Positions 42,201 through 42,510 of a stretch of DNA of 42,510 nt are shown piece after piece. This DNA comes from an uncultured Candidatus Saccharibacteria bacterium. Its GTDB lineage: Bacteria > Patescibacteriota > Minisyncoccia > Phycocordibacterales > UBA9973. The position numbers and the translations under genes were made by a program. The notes under the pieces are model-generated. The model did not search any database. It had not been told where the DNA came from and saw only the letters and a list, made by a program, of their open reading frames with translations. Each line of letters opens with the position of its first letter. Position 1 is the stretch's first letter. The DNA lies in NCBI GenBank assembly GCA_964356875.1, contig CAYHIX010000002.1:1-42510 (forward strand), written 5' to 3'.

Positions 42201-42510
42201 CCAAATCGAGTAGTGCTACTTGGGGAATCGGTCCAAATTGTGGATCAATGACTATAATAGACTCAAATGCAACCAAGCAAGATCTGGGAATACTTTCAAT
42301 AAATGCGAGCTGTGCCACAATTAACCTAGGATCATCTATAAAGGCTACAAGTATTACTATTCCAACAGGAGATACTTTAGATTTAAATACATATACTCTT
42401 ACCTTGACTGGTAGTGGTACACCGATCACTCGAGTGGGGACATTTACCGCAGATACTGGAACTGTAGAGTACACTTCTGGGTCTGGAGCCACCGCACTTT
42501 CTTCTGCGGC
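36248..42510 (+). CDS. Second giant secreted repeat protein, 5' part only (more than 2087 aa, open to the window end)
   Basis: Not in the ORF track because no stop lies in the window. I translated the frame by hand from ATG 36248 to 42510 and found no stop. Signal peptide is MKVSAFMIAKIKYLLRIFSKSLVVVFIFSLFLAQFNLAQA. It has WxGxxW-type repeats followed by T/G/N-rich beta-helix-like modules. It starts 6 nt after the hydrolase stop. Confidence 0.85.
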   Translation, partial: MKVSAFMIAKIKYLLRIFSKSLVVVFIFSLFLAQFNLAQAIDGTGMLNFDEDGLNNVSPHYRTWSGTDFGGESNAQDDESASDDTNHTIVEASPTRDEYIMGRLELNGHVDVQVFSGGSWINGTNAPTNGNFTTGLGTTNDIARGFDVAYENESGEGMVVYESSSSGDGLLKYRTWDGDSWSSEDSIDYSAVDEGNAVAVWVECEADPGSNYIMCAWREATNLGLYAAVWDGTQWLNIAQIASENGTAARQDFDVAWEGTSGDGMIVFGDATGAPFIDAWTYTKGSGWADTSSMTDPGAAVQWVRIAGSPINDYIAVMIGDTLSTTSADLNVDMWNGSNWTTANQPGTMDIDINNNGYAQGFDVAWEQATGDRALFVFRDGTTSETLIRYMVYDISANQFQAIEDGTHCALTEGAAGYAETITNLSAVEDSAGPCTATFALADSFSGIDLNPDPGSNKIMVLAEDLTADLVPEAFLWNGDANGTWLAQTATMQGFETDLSTGATLSNSFPTKPYDFAYRQAGVHNVWTTGTQTTNMTVGATNQYVGGAFVINRTTSTANVTSITITEQGTVNAQTNLDNIKLYYDLDSSAPYNCASEDYAGGATQYGSTDTDGFSATNGSSTFTGSVAVTPTSVMCVYTVLDVGSGATGAETIEIQITTPSTDIVVSAGSIRNGFARVISGTTTIQNAITISGTCDAYDLTTDCTDDGSNSIKVAVNGTLQGQTDSVVDGAWSIGSISQPVAGDVITVFIDGGATDSEEAVAITKYDGSGDIDLVRLYKEHVTIGTDTGSANSGQSLTSTNLEQYDNEASADEDVFYESDTVAFTCDGVASSTGFCLDKNAQTSTGRLTILSGNTFAPASNINVHDIAIIGTFTGNGNTYTVSGSWNDTGTFTEGTSTVTFTSTSTGETITTTGSTFSTLTFNGVAGVWTLQDSATVSGVLTITNGEFNAGSGTLTFSGTGTPLVVSGTFTASTGTVQYTAATATVTVTTFNNLILGGTGTYTLPASTWNINGDLTITTGATITKGAGTITFNGSANTKTITGNATNSDLGTISIGNGSLAKIINLGSSIKLTAVTITAGATFDISSDTLTLTSTTTPLTTTGTFTTTGSTVVYTGNGPTIAATNYNNLEVSPATNSGTAVFAAGTFTIGGNLTIGNGTNTLVAVTAATNASILNVTGNFTISNNTTFTANTANALSIGGNWSLGATSAVFTANSGTVTFTATDTGNTLSGGMTGSSAFYNLIFNGSGGDWYLSSAHDLSVANLLTVTAGTFKGVSSDAYNLYARNGLVGNGIVDTSTYGGSTVVDGSFGGDSNWIFSTLQTTTANGGGVITATGSGSITVAGVFSMQSSSTFNAGSKTYILSRAFTSPFDPSGGTFNPDTSTFRFTGAGDITIARPANGYYNLESKPASTNTHILAGGGTLTIANDFTVGTGSNASIVDAETNDPVIDINRDFITSASATFSASSTSTMTVARNFTDGGTFTSNTGTVQLDTTAAAVVSGTVTFNNFTVTTATKDITFTAGETTTINGLLTLTGGSGAGNEITLNSTTGSSSWTINHQGTENITYTTVTWSACHGSSTTITADGTGNTNGGNNGVCWTLPATGITVSGILYDTDGTSAYATVTAMKLSIEGATAVTTNSIVTSGVFSFATDTLPSAGDDITIWLNTDGGIQGTLVFKYGTSCTGHTDCTGLSVVRNQVRVQNFHSGAIANTDLAACDNDSGAGCADADIGFTANAGVLTNTWSTNTLNISGSTSFTPGGNIIVNNLTISDGTVDMAGNNLNVGAAGEANSGNIKVASGEVLSQSTSGTTTILGSASGNNCIGANAASCAGTSGTITFGNLTIGNASTTFTTLLGNNAGAGTDVTVGTVLTVTTNATLSNGMATLILSGAGTPFVLNGTFAGGNNGYFRYTGFSSPVTIKNASYVNLELKPGGAQTYILEGGGTFYALALVVGDGTNVVTVDAETNDPVLYTAYGLTLNANSVWTKSSSATWGIGPNCGSMTIIDSNATKQDLGILSINASCATINLGSSIKATSITIPTGDTLDLNTYTLTLTGSGTPITRVGTFTADTGTVEYTSGSGATALSSA

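Noticed and set aside
36946-42492. Minus-strand and off-frame plus-strand ORFs across 36.9-42.5 kb (for example 38884..39480, 40450..40917, 40254..40460 and 41283..41465)
   Set aside because: They are shadows of the second giant ORF, whose frame starting at 36248 I translated without a stop to the window end. None has a start context or recognisable motifs.
1-42510. Alternative genetic code (UGA recoded, as in some CPR lineages)
   Set aside because: All conserved genes (dnaE, hisS, gap, tkt and others) are full length under the standard code with no in-frame TGA. TGA also terminates 9601..10209 at a sensible position.

Overview
AT-rich, tightly packed bacterial window read with the standard code (TGA is used as a stop and no conserved gene has an in-frame TGA). 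The middle (about 5.4-24.9 kb) is housekeeping. It holds a redox cluster (DoxX-like proteins, msrA, type II NADH dehydrogenase), hpf, a lepB-hisS-def-fmt operon, pth, dnaE, and a pentose-phosphate/glycolysis cluster: gap, rpiB, an rpe-like gene, split transketolase and a PfkB kinase. The left end (1-5.3 kb) is accessory: a truncated tRNA-Ala, small secreted or membrane hypotheticals and a CarH/LitR-like regulator. It also holds a tRNA-Asn gene interrupted in its anticodon loop by a 552-nt group I intron that encodes an HNH endonuclease. The right 17.5 kb is dominated by two giant secreted repeat proteins, one of 3166 aa and one of more than 2087 aa that runs off the window. They are separated by a Bro-N/DinD-like gene and a beta-lactamase-fold serine hydrolase. 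The first giant protein looks like a mosaic of phage tail-fibre, tailspike and trimeric-adhesin modules, and it contains large internal duplications, one with a 107-nt perfectly identical tract. A low-GC ORF sits between the two transketolase halves, flanked by a 29-bp duplication of the 3' end of the N-terminal half. The gene content and style resemble Patescibacteria/CPR, but that cannot be established from this window. No CRISPR array, transposase, reverse transcriptase or rRNA was seen. All family calls come from motifs read by eye, not from database searches.
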